Source: Malacoraja senta (Eukaryota). Taken from it: a stretch of DNA of 64,000 bases. The notes beneath the pieces were generated by a model. The model had not been told where the DNA came from. It worked only from the letters and a program-made list of their open reading frames with translations, and ran no database searches. Both the position numbers and the translations under genes were made by a program. Shown piece after piece: positions 23,860 to 35,590 of this stretch; the stretch's first letter is position 1, and every line of letters begins with the position of its first letter. The DNA is taken from assembly GCA_038087875.1 (NCBI GenBank), contig CM075989.1, forward strand, positions 13,144,001-13,208,000, in the 5' to 3' direction.

Positions 23860-24770
23860 TTCTTCTTCGGAGACATATGTTTAAAATGTAAAGCAAAAAA
23901 AAAAAACACTGAACAGCATTGACACAAACAAGTTATTATTTGCAGTTTTAGGAAAAAAAGGTAGAAATGCTAAAGTTAAACGCTAAAACAAATAGTAAAT
24001 ACCCAGCAAAAAAAATCATATTCATCAGTTTCATCAAATAAATTAAATTCATCTAATCTATTAAATTCATCTAAATTCAATTACTGGATCTAAACATCTA
24101 TTCATTTCTTAACAAAAGGCTAAATTTTTTAAATAGCCTAAGTATCCAAATAACAAACTGCTCCCATTCACACAATAATTCACTATATAACATGATTTTT
24201 AAATCTCACTTTGTCCTGAATTTATATGCCAAATTTCACTCAAGATAATCAAAGTAATTATTTTTTGCACAATACATCTGACTAAAACTGTACTGTGGAT
24301 ATTTAGTATGGAAATATTGATCATGGATAGACAATAACACAAAATATGGATGATTTAGATGTTCTTATGACATTGTGCATTGATTATCTTGAGAGTGGAT
24401 GTTTCTGGAATGTGATCGATTGGAATGTTGCTGTTGCCATAAATTTTAAGCCCATATTGGCAGGCAAGACACGGCCGATTCGTATGGGGCATAAATAACA
24501 TTTTTGCATCATAAGATTATAATGAAGCCACACCAAAAAGCAAGGTAATATGTTAAATAAACGATATACCTTTTGTTTTGTCCTGATATTGCGATCCGTG
24601 ATGTTGAAGGCGTTAGAAGTCGCATTTTACTTCAATCAAGCGATTAAATCGTCCAGCAATTTTTTTAAAAATAAACCGGGAACGGATGTGCGAACGATTT
24701 TTCTTCATCAGCTGGCAGCCCGAGGAAATCCCTCTCAGACAACCAATACAAACCTGCATTTTAATCCCGT

Positions 24771-24828
24771 CCACCCCTCCACCCCTCCACCCCTCCACCC
24801 CTCCACCCCTCCACCCCTCCACCCCTCC
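24771..24828. repeat. (CCACCCCT)7 tandem repeat
   Basis: Perfect 8-bp unit x7; GGGG tracts on the minus strand. Confidence 0.95.
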
Positions 24829-24829
24829 G

Positions 24830-25580
24830 GAGTCGCACGCACCGACAGTGACAGATCTACAGCGCCGCTAATGGTAGGTTTTGTAACGACGCCACAATTA
24901 GCATTCTACCTACGCTTGGACTGCCGGCCCCGCCCGCTTTACCGCCGCAGTCCAAGCACGTGCCACGGAGGGCGGAGACTGACTCACGCACGCAACGCTC
25001 CGCCCAGGGCAGCGGTCACGTGTGAACGCTGCCTCTCCGGCTCCACCCATCTCCACGCGACTGTCACATGACGGCTGTTGGCGGCCGCGGTGCTCGAGCG
25101 TCAGTCGGAGACTCTCCATTATGAAAGCGGTGGCTGCCGCGGGCCTGGCACTCTGCACCACCCGGGACTCTCCCGCGCTGTCTGCCCTCACACCACGTCG
25201 ATGGCTCAGTGCCACGTGGAGCCACTGCTGCAGCCTCCTCACCCGTGAAGAGAATGGTAGGTGGCTCGGGGTGCGTCAATTGCTGGGCCATTCGACCTGG
25301 CCGCGTGGTGAGGCCTGCTGTGCACCGGGCGTAGGCCCGTCGGCGGGGACACGCTGTGCGCTTGAGCTGTATCGGCCGCTGCAACTGCCGGTAACGGTGG
25401 CCGCGGTACCGTGGGGTAGGCCTGGCTTGGTGCCTGGTCTGGGCCTACACTGACTCGGAGGCCGCGGCTCGGGTGCCGAACCTGCCAGTGAATGTCGATC
25501 AGTAACCATGACGCCTGCTGATCTAGTCGCTCAATGCTGTTTGGAGTGCCTGTGGTTGACAGCGCTAGTGCGCCGAGGCC
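24830..25580 (+). promoter_or_regulatory. TRPM7: CpG island / TRPM7 promoter and exon 1
   Basis: High GC and CpG density with GC boxes (ccccgcccg, gggcgg) around the ATG|gt first exon. Confidence 0.8.
25254..25256 (+). CDS. TRPM7: TRPM7 exon 1 coding part (initiator ATG only)
   Basis: gaagagaATG|gtaggt in the CpG island; phase 0 joins exon 2 to give MSQKSWIE; mammalian TRPM7 exon 1 also contributes only the ATG. Confidence 0.75.
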
Positions 25581-26460
25581 CGTAATCTTAGAGCATTTTG
25601 AAATCAAAATAACACGAGGTCATAATCACTTTCATTTAATAAGACCGACATTTAATCGGTTATCCTGCATGGTTTCCCTTCAACGCTCAAAAAAAAGTAT
25701 TTCGTCACCTTATATAGCCCCCCCCCCCCCCTTTCGTTATTTTGCAGATAAGGAGGTTCTAAAACGTCTTTAAATTCCACTTCATCAGTCTGAAGTGTTT
25801 CTTCCCATATTCTGTGTCTGTGTCTCTGGCTTGATCTCCCACCGAAGGAAATATCCCCTTTGAATCTTCCCTTCTCAGTATCTTCTGTTTTAATGAGATG
25901 ACTTATCTGGGGGCACATGCATGAATTTATTCCTTTTCACCCCACCACCAAAGTGCTTTAGTTTAAATTGATACTGTTTACACTTGTGTAATTAATGTGT
26001 GTTTCTTGTCATTCCTTGTCCTACTCAGTGAGTGGTCCTGATCTGAAACTTCAGTCCATTACATGCTGAGTTCCTTCAACATTTTGTATTTTGTAGTGCA
26101 TGCTGCTACTTGTCATTCTTTTAAACTTAATAGTATTGCTCGTTAGGTTTAATATTTTCTTATGACAGACCCATTCTTTCGTGATTAGTCTTGTGAACCT
26201 TTGCTGCGCTATTAAAATAAGGTAACTATAGGGAGGTTGCACGCAGTTGAGGTCGTGACCCGTAAGAGCCTGTCCCATTGGGGGTCGCGCGTGTCATCAT
26301 GCGTGCGCACCGCCGTCTGGAGCGGGTGACGTCATTTGAAGATAGACACAAAATCCAGGAGTAACTCAGCGGGACCAGCTGCATCTCTGGAGAGAAGGAA
26401 TGGATGATCTTTCGGGTCAAGACGTCTCGACCCGAAACGTCATCCATTGCTTTCCAGAGA

Positions 26461-26560
26461 TTAATAATAATAATAATACATTTTATTTATGGGCGCCTTT
26501 CACAAAGTCTCAAGGACACCTTACAAAGTTTAACAAATAGTGTAGAAACATGTAAGCGGA
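26461..26560 (-). mobile_element. L2-type LINE/SINE 3' tail
   Basis: Minus strand gtgtccttgag...gaaaggcgcccataaataaaatg(tat)n. Confidence 0.5.
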
Positions 26561-26853
26561 ATGAAATAAATAGCAAAGACATCACCAGTACACAAATTAA
26601 AGATAGAATTAAATCCAAAAACAAAAATCAAAAACACAATATGGAAGAGATTACTCCAGAGAAACGTCATCCTTCTCTACAGAGATTACTCCAGCATTTT
26701 GTGTCTATCTCCAATCGTCTTGGCCCCGCTCTGGGAGTAGGAGTGGGGGCGGATCTGGATCCGCAACGGCCGTAAGCCCCAGGCCGAGCTCGGCGATCGT
26801 TTGCCTGCTTCAGCTGCTGTTGGAGGTGAGACGTTGCGCCGCGCCAGGGTCTT

Positions 26854-27020
26854 GGGCCTGTCCCACTTTGGCCGTCAGTTACGCGACAGGCCGGTGGAAG
26901 ATTTCGTGCAGGACGAAGTCCACGCCACTCCACACCACTCCATGCGCCCATCTCGCGCTACCCACACGCTAGCAGGTCGAGTAAATGGCACGCGAATGAC
27001 AGCCAAGTGGGACAGGCCCT
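26854..27020. mobile_element. Harbinger-type MITE nested in the ISL2EU-like element
   Basis: TIRs GGGCCTGTCCCACTT...AAGTGGGACAGGCCC. Confidence 0.75.
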
Positions 27021-27764
27021 GTACTGTTGCCTCGCAATGCCAACTGGAGTACACGCGATGAACTGCAGGTAAGCATTTACTATGGCTGCCAGCACAGCGG
27101 GCCCTTCTGGCCCAGCATCCGGACTGGTTGCACACTTGCAGACCCCGGGCCATCTATCCCTGCGGTCGGGGGGGGGGGGGGGGAAGAAGGAGTTCGGGGT
27201 GCCGGTGCAGCGTGATCAGTGACTCTGGGTGGGGTGGGCGGAGGGAGCAGACCATCCCTAACTCTGCTGCAGCTGACGTTGCCTGGAGCCGCGGCCCCGC
27301 TCCACTGGCCCCGTGTGTGGGCGCTGCCGACCCACAGCCAGTGACAGTGCGGCCCATAGGGGGAGACGGGACGGAGGGCGGCCATGGCCGGACAGCGCTG
27401 TCTCCGGGGGGGGGGGGGGGAGAGAGAGGGAGCTGTCCCGAGGGATGCGTTCCTTCTGCCGCTTACACCTCGGGTTCAGAGCAAAGGTACTAGAGCATTT
27501 GGTTCAGAGCGCTCAGTCACCCAAAAAAAGATAACCCCACGATATTGCAATCGAGTTACTCTGAGTTTGAGTTTGCTTTATATAGCGAAGGCTTATTGAA
27601 ATGGTGCTGTCTGAACACGACAATGAATGCGGCTATTAGTCGCGGATTGTAAAAGACGCTACACCATGAGATAACACATGTTTAAACCTTATCCCTTCCC
27701 GCTTTCATTGACAGCACCCACAATTATTTGCAGCACAGAAATTGACCATTTTGGCGTTTTTTAA

Positions 27765-28201
27765 ATTTTTTTTATGGATATTTTTAGTAGAAGCAAAAAC
27801 ATATTATGGTAAAAACATTTCATGTATATCAATCATACATTATTAATATTTGTATTGTGGATTGATTCTGCTTCTAGTTTTTTTTTATAGATAGAAAGTA
27901 AGAAAGAGAGAGAGAAAACCCCCCACAAATGTCAAGATTTAAAAAAAAGTGGAATGATTTACTAATAATACATCATTGGAGATAGGTTCGTAGGTTATAA
28001 AGTATAACTTTTCATCTAATCCTAAGTTCAAGCTTCAGTTAGGTTCCCGTGCCGAACCGATCTACCCCTTCAAATAGTCAGTGAATGGAGACCATATTCT
28101 AACAAAAAGTTCTTGTTTGTCCATTAAGACAAATCTGATTCTTTCGAGGTGTAGGGTCTCCGACATTTCCAAAATCCACATTTTAATTGTGGGGCTTATA
28201 G
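27765..28201 (-). mobile_element. 5'-truncated L1-clade LINE (ORF2 C terminus plus 3' UTR)
   Basis: PTIKMWILEMSETLHLERIRF...FVRIWSPFTDYL typical of fish L1 ORF2 ends; TSD ggcg(t/g)tttttaa at 27753-27764 and 28202-28213; the unduplicated site is seen in the 53-kb copy. Confidence 0.7.
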
Positions 28202-28539
28202 GGCGGTTTTTAACAGGTAAGAAAGTACGCGTTTCGTGTGTTAACTGTGTATGCCGAGGCAGCCATATCTTCCACATGGATTGAGCTGCTCCGTGCATCA
28301 CACCCTTTGACCCGATGACCTTACGTGCAACCCCCCCTATAGAGCTGTTTTCTCACTAAACCTCTACAGTTGGAGCAAGCGTTTTGTATTCCATCTCCCT
28401 TTCAATAAAAGTCATTGCTCATTTGTCTTCTATTTAGCTGCATGTGCATGGTAATTTTGTTTCTTGTACGTACACATGGCTCTCACTTTGAACACGGTCA
28501 TTTAGTAGTTTGAAAACATCTAAATTATCCTGAATTAGT

Positions 28540-28632
28540 CTGAAAAAGGGTTTCGGCCCGAAACGTTGCCTATTTCCTTCGCTCCATAGATGCTGCCGCA
28601 CCCGCTGAGTTTCTCCAGCACTTTTGTCTACA
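28540..28632 (+). mobile_element. Penelope-derived short repeat
   Basis: ctgaaaaagggtttcggcccgaaacgttgcc...ctccagcacttttgtctac. Confidence 0.65.
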
Positions 28633-28724
28633 TTAAATGATCCTCTTGCTCTTTCCTACCAAAATGATTGTTACATATTTCCCCTATATTATCAGCTTCA
28701 TCGGCTAAATCTTTAGACCGTTTA

Positions 28725-29640
28725 GAGCATGAAAAAACCCTCGGCCCAACTTGCCCACACCGACTAACATGTCACATCTACACTAGTCCCATCTGCTTGC
28801 GTTTGGCCCATATTTCTCTAAACCTCTCACTCTACCTGTCTAAATCTTTCTTAAACATTGAGATAATAATAAACTTGTGTACCTGAGATAATAATAATGT
28901 TGTGATAGTACCTGTATCAACTACCTCCTCCAACAGCCCGTGCCTTACAACCAACCACCCTTTATGTGAAAAAGTTACTCCTGAGGTTCCTATTAAATCT
29001 TTCCCCCTTCACCTTAAACCTATGTCCTCTGGTTCTCGATTCCTCTACTCTGGGCAAGAGAATGAGTGTGTCTACGAAAATCTATTCCTCTTATGATTTG
29101 TACACGTCCATAAGATCACCCCTCATTCTCCTGCACGCAACGAATAGAGTCCCAGCCTGCTCAACCTCTCCCTAAGCTCAGGCCCTTGAGTCCTGGCAAC
29201 ATCTGTGCAAATCTTTGCACCCTTTCCAGCTTGACAACATCTATCCTATAACATGGTGTCTGAAACATAACACAATAAATACCCTAGCGTCACTAGCGTT
29301 TTATATAATTGCAACATGATCTCCCAATTTCTACACTCAATACTCTGACTGATAAATACCAATGTGCCAATAGCCTTTTTGACCATCCTATCTAATTGTG
29401 ACGCCATCTTCAAGGAACTATGTATGTGCACTCCTAGATCCCTCTGTTCTATAACACTCCCCAGAGCTCTTGTCATTCACTGTGGAGGTCTTGCCCATGT
29501 TAGTCTTCCCAAAATGCAACTCCTTACATTTCTTTGTATTAAATTCCAACAGCCTTTTCTCTGCCCAACCGATCAAGATCCTCCTGCAATTTTGACAACC
29601 ACCTTCACTATCTACAATACCACTCACTTTAGTGTCAACA
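28725..29640 (-). mobile_element. CR1 LINE 3' fragment
   Basis: EFNTKKCKELHFGK, EQRDLGVHIHSSLK motifs; reverse complement of the 43088 copy. Confidence 0.85.
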
Positions 29641-32600
29641 TTTACTTGAACATAAATGAAAGTAGGCCATTTATAACTTTTGAGCCTGCTCTGCCATTCA
29701 TTAAGATTATGGGTGACCTTGTACCTCAGCAGCATTTTCCTGCACTCTCCCTCGATTCTCGTATTTAGATATCGACTGATTTTGGTTTTGAATGAACACA
29801 ATTGCTAAGCTTCTACAGCCCCTGGGTAGAAAATTGCAATGGTTCATCGCCTTCTGTGAAGAGATTTCTCTTCTCAGCCCTAACTGACCTTTAGTCTGTG
29901 TATGGGAACTCCGGTTCTTCATTGCTTAGATCTCAAACATCCTGTAAGAAATATGTTTCAATTTGATTACTTGTTATTATAAACTCCAGAGATTGCAGGC
30001 CTGGTTCATGTAATCTCATACTGCAAATCTTCAATTTTTTGGGAACAGTCTTGTGAATCTTTGCTGCATTCCCTTTGTGGCAGATATACTGTTTTGGGTA
30101 AGAAAACCTTGCTAAGACTACTCCAGGATGTGGTCTTAGCAAGGCCTTATGTAATTACAGTAATACACCTTCAATCAAATACTCGGGTAACATGCCATTT
30201 GGTTGTCGTGATCTTTGCATATGGACACTATAGACCCTTCGGGCATCTACCAACCCAGTTTCCATTTAAAAGAAATGGCACGTTTGTTTTAATTTGTGCA
30301 TCAAAGTAGATAGCTTCACATTTTTCCATGTTGCTTTTGCCTTATTTTTGCTCAGCTTTTATATATCCCCTAAAGCCTGTCTATATCTTCTTACTGGTCA
30401 CAATCCTAGCCAGTTTATTGTTATAAGCAAATTTAGAAACACAATATTTGTTTTCTTCAGATAAATTCTTGATACAGTTCATGAGTGGTTTTAGCCGAAC
30501 TACCTCCCTGCAGTACCACCCCAGTGACAAACTGCAAAACTGACAAAAAAGGATCTGTTTATTCATACTACTTCCTGATTGATCACCATATCTCAATCTT
30601 GTCAGGATATTACCCCCAGTTCTACTCCAAGCCCAGCAAGCAACCTCACATGGGACATTGTTGACAGCCTATCATTGTAGTGCTTTCAATACATTTTCCC
30701 AATAGATCATGGCCAACTCTTCTTTTAACTTTCCATAGTATAATTTGATTGCACTGAAGACCTTATCTTCAGATTCAATTACACTTTCAAACTCTATAAA
30801 ATTATATTGTTGTATGGTCACTCTCTTTCATGAAGGCTCCTTTAAAACAAGATTCTCAATTAACTCTTCCTTGTTGCACAAAATGACTATTCCCCTAATT
30901 GTTACTTTGACATATTGAAATACATTTTCTCTCCCTCATTTCTTGTGGTGTTATATTTACTTCTTTTGTAATCTGTTGATAGCTGCCCTGAATTAAGAGA
31001 ATCTTGATAGTGTAGTACTATAGCATCCACTACACTTATAATCATGTATTTTAGAACCCTGGGATAGAGACGGGTCTGGAGATTTATCAGGCCTTAATCC
31101 TGTTTTCTTAGAAGCTATCTCTTGAGCGGATAGCAGTTAGAAGCTTCTTATACTCTCTTGACCTGTGTCTTCTGTGTGCTTTTGGGCAGGTATAACATAT
31201 ATCATGTCAATACCATTTTTATTTGCATTCCATTGTAAATTCTAGTGCCTTGGTTTCCAAGGGATCAAAGATTAATTTTGATATGTACTTTTACTTGCGT
31301 GTAGAAGCTTTAATGCTCTGGGGCATGTGATCATCGTGCTTTGGGCATGTCATGATTTTTTATGTTTTCCATGCTTTTGAGATCTGAATTCATGTGGATT
31401 TTGCCTGTCATCTCACCTACTCTTGACGTCTTACTCCCACATCAGTTCCTTATCAATGTTTCATAAATTAACCTGATGTTCTAGAAAATTATGTCACAAT
31501 CTCTACACCAAACTGTCAGCACTCTGTCATCCTGAAGCAGTCAAATTCCCTAAATAATGTGAATGCAACTTTTCTCTTGGCATTCTCTGAAATGAGTGAA
31601 TCATTGCTTCCTTTTGAAGATTCCACTGAAAGTTTCACTCAGTCTGGTATGCCTTCAAGTTTAGAGGATTATTGGTGATTTAACTTGATGAAGGAATTCT
31701 GTCAGCTAAAGGGAAACTTTAATCTGGTCCACAACAAGATTAAATTGTTTTCTTAAAATTAGAATCAGATTATTTTGAATTAACTTATTCCAAAAACAAT
31801 ATGCTGAGTTTACTTGGAAGTTATGGACTGGCAGCTTTGCTGATGTATTCAGAGGGTATGGAAGAAACAAGTTAAATAAAACAGAGTTACATCTCATCTA
31901 TGATAATGTATGTTGTAATGGACTTTAATGGCTTGCTCCATTTCTTAATTTCTATTTTTCAATCTGACCTTCCTAATTATTGCACTTACTGGATTAATTT
32001 AAGATAACCTCTGCTGTCATCCGCGAGAATCTGATCATCAATTATACCTTTCACTATTTTCTCCCTCCAAAATATAGATTTCAATAGATTTGTATTAACA
32101 ATATGACTGACTGAAACCTGGCTAGAAAATGGCATCATCATCTGGATATTCTTTTCATGGGTTCTATTTAAACTATTGGTCTAGTGAGCTTGCCCTTATT
32201 AAATAATAATTTGATCTCTTTCCCAATGTTTCTGTAACTTCTTGAATGCTTGTTTGAACACTCCACCCCTCAAGAGTTTGTATTCACTTCTCTCCCACCA
32301 GGCCAATATTGCTCAAAGACTTTCTATCTCTATCACTTTACTGATGGAATTGATGTTATCATTTCAGTCTCCCAACTCGAGTAAGATTGCATTCTGTTAT
32401 AATTTGGTTGGCCTCGATTAAAGTTTATCTGCACAGGAAAAGTAAATACAGTATTAATCTGTTATTTGCGGACTTTGGTGCTGGATTATCAGGTTTTCCA
32501 TGCAGTTGATGTTACTTCTATTAACAGCCCAATATAAATTTAGTTTCACTTTTTAAACAAATGTTAGGTAGGAGTTCAAAATGTTTTCCAGTAAGCCAAA

Positions 32601-33684
32601 TGATTTTAAAGGGAGCATGAAGTAGAACCTGGTATGTCAAAATAAATTGAAACACATAAATGCTTGGACCCAGGTTCCAGATGCAAACCAACTCGTGCTC
32701 CTGTCCCCCAGTGTTCCAATTGCTGACCCTGGGCTGCACTCCAGATCTCCAACTCCCACTCTGGACTAATGAGTGAAACAATTGCCGAGCTTTGGGGATT
32801 TTCGAACCATCAGATATCGGATTATAAAGGTTTTACTGTTATGCTGAAAATGAGCAGGATATGTGGGAAGCATCTGCAGTTTATGATATCAGCAGTTTTC
32901 ACTGAATTATTGCCTTCAGGAACTGTCCCTCTTTTTAAAACAGCCATCATATCCCCCTCTTCAAAAATATTTGAGTTAACTTGCCAAACTACATCATAGT
33001 CTCAAGCCTTTGTTTCCTATTAAGTCATTGATTGCAGTTTGACTTTCTGAATCTATATTTATCTTTCCTTAACTGCCATATTTGGATCTTTAGTTGGTAT
33101 TGTGCCTTTGTCACAGCATTCTTGATAAGCTAATCAGTTACAACTGGCATACTTTGTAATAATATTAATATTATTTTATCCCTGTTATGTGTTTTGGACT
33201 CCACTAAAGACTTCAGTGCAGTTGCACTCCATTGCCCAATTCATCCAGACTGCCTTTGTTTAGTTCTGCTCTTGTCTATCTTGTTGTGGCCAAGAGTATC
33301 TTGAGCAATATCTTTTCAAACTCCTCTGCACGTTTATCTCTGAAGCCCATCAACGGACTTTCCTTGATGCCATTCTGTCTTTCATCTTCACACTGCTCCT
33401 TGGCATGTTGTCAGGCTGTTTGTGTGATAGCTTTATTGGAGATGCCGTAATTTCTTCCAGCTAAACTTTGAGAAGGTTACATCCAGACCTCAGTTTTTAT
33501 CTGTTCTCCTTTTCAACTGTTGTATTGGATTGAACCAGATGTTTTGCTGTTTATACACTGCTAACCTCTGATGTTTTTTGGCGTATCATTGACAAAACTT
33601 AGCAGTCAATAGAGATAATAGATCAGTACTGAAATTAAAGTGGCTACTGGCATCCTGCAAGTGACTGCAATTGTAAATTGTAAA

Positions 33685-34049
33685 CGAGTTATTCACGAAT
33701 TCTTCCGAGTTTTCCCCTTGATTCAAACTCGCAGAATGTTCGTAACGTGTCCGTAGGAGCTCGTAGATATATCGTAGCGGCAGTAGGTACTCGTGGCATC
33801 AGGTAAGTCGGGACGTTTTTTCCAGCCCGATAAAAAATGTCCACGAGTAAAAAAATGACCGAGATGAAAGAAATTGCAACTTTTTACTCGTAAGGAGGGC
33901 ATCGAAATAGTAGTGGGAATTCGTAGACATACTCGTAGGAGTTCGTGAACGTAGGAGTTCGTAGATTACCACGATCTTGATTTTTTTTTTTAAGGTCCTT
34001 TAAACTCGGCAGAGGTTTTGAATTAAGCCGTGAAAGTGGGACAGGCCCT
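33685..34049. mobile_element. Harbinger-type MITE, left end truncated
   Basis: Right TIR aaagtgggacaggccct+tta; interior similar to 62549-62917. Confidence 0.7.
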
Positions 34050-34396
34050 TTACTATTTGAAATGTTTTCAAATGAGTTTAGCAATGGGATAGAAATCCCA
34101 AGTTTCTATGTTTGTTGATGCCATGAAGATATGTGACACTGCAAGTTGTGTAATAAAAGTATCAAACTACAAAGATTGTATCAAATAGACAAAGCTGTAG
34201 CAATTGGATTAATTCTAGCACATATCAGATCATCTAATTTGGTCCTAAAGAGCATCGCGCTAGAGGACTTTTGGAATGTTGAAAAGCTGAAAGCATTTCC
34301 TAGGACTTTCACTGGCACCCTAAATTGTTATGCATAAATTCGATTCAGCTACCCCTCTGTGGATTTGCATTTTATTGCTCCATTTATTTAGTTTTG

Positions 34397-34690
34397 TTTA
34401 GAGATACAACACGGAAACAGGCCCTTCTGCCCACCGGGTCCACGCCGACCAGCGATCCCTGCACATTAACACTATCCTACACCCATTAGGGACAATTTTT
34501 ACATTTACCAAGCCAATTAACCTACAAACCTGTATGTCTTTGGAGTGGGAGGAAATCGAAGATCTTGGAGAAAACCTACGCAGGTCACGGGGAGAATGTA
34601 CAAACTCCGTAGAGACAGCACCGGTAGTCGGGATCAAACCCCGGTTTCCAGAGCTGCATTTGTTGTAGGCAGCAACTCTACCGCTGTGCT
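34397..34690 (-). mobile_element. V-SINE (HE1-like)
   Basis: Homologous to 4253-4560. Confidence 0.85.
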
Positions 34691-34769
34691 ACTGCAAAGC
34701 CTAAGATTCCATCTGCCCTCGCACTTTCAAAGATGTGCCTTGGCCCTTCTGTTATGTATTCTTTGGAAT

Positions 34770-35590
34770 GGTGCCCTGTCCGAGTGGTGGCGCCATCGAG
34801 TGGCAGCCTCGCCAGCAGCTGTCTGTCCTTTCTTCCTTTTTGTTATTTTTAGTCTGTCTAAAAGTTTTGTTTTGGTCTTTTAGTCTTTTTTTATGGGGGG
34901 GGGGGTGGGGATGGAGGTGGAAACCATCTTCTCAGTCACTACCTGGTCGAGGATGCGTCTTTTCTCCAAGCCACATCTTCACCCCCCCTCGCGACCTACC
35001 ATCTGGATTACCTGCCGGAAACTGACCAGAGCTTCAGCAGCGGCACAGCATTGGATTCCATCGCGGAGCGGGCGATACCTTACTGGGAACGCCGTGTAGG
35101 GCCTGCCAACTCTAACATCGTGGATCTGTGGTCTGCGAAGCTTCCAGCTACGGGCGGCGCTGATTTTAACATCGCGGAGGCCTGGGATCTTTCGCCGAGG
35201 ATCGCCAATGTTGGAGCTCCGCCCAGCTCGGCCTGTGGACTTCGGAAGCCGCTGTCTCCGGTAGGAAGCGGCCGATTCGGAAACTCCAAGCCGCTGAGAG
35301 TGTTCTTCCTTTCCGACGCCGGAGCTCCGATCATTCCGGTGAGAGGGCCTGAAACATCGGGCCGTCATTGCGGCGACTGCGGAGGCCTCAATAGACCACG
35401 ATGAACAAGAGGAAGATGACTGAACTTTGTTGCCTTCCCTCACAGTGGGAAACGTTTCCGCTGTGGGGGATGTTTTATGTTAAATTCTATAATATTTTGT
35501 TTGTCTTATTTGTGTGCTGCATGGTAACTCAAATTTCACTGCACCAATTGGTGTATGTGACAATAAATGTAACTTGACTTGAACTTAACT
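34770..35590 (+). mobile_element. GC-rich non-coding retroelement with Rex1-like tail, copy 1
   Basis: Colinear with 63015-63866; ends tgacaataaa plus short tandem tail. Confidence 0.65.

Larger units (their letters stand above)
23011..24895 (-). mobile_element. Unclassified TIR DNA transposon derivative carrying a Spin/Ssty-like coding remnant
   Basis: Imperfect TIRs GTAGGAATGTTACAA / GTGGCGTCGTTACAA, flanking direct repeat AATTA (23006-23010, 24896-24900); internal ORF 23485..23859. Confidence 0.6.
26230..28338 (-). mobile_element. ISL2EU-like (PIF/Harbinger group) non-autonomous element with nested insertions
   Basis: TIRs AGGGAGGTTGCACG...CGTGCAACCCCCCCT, AT TSD; shares internal motifs with 53086-53980; THAP-like start MVNFCAANNCG at 27749 (minus strand). 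Confidence 0.72.

Noticed and set aside
24550-27599. Many overlapping 70-170 aa ORFs
   Set aside because: Expected from stop-poor GC-rich CpG island and TE sequence; no recognisable domains (the uORF frame is treated separately)
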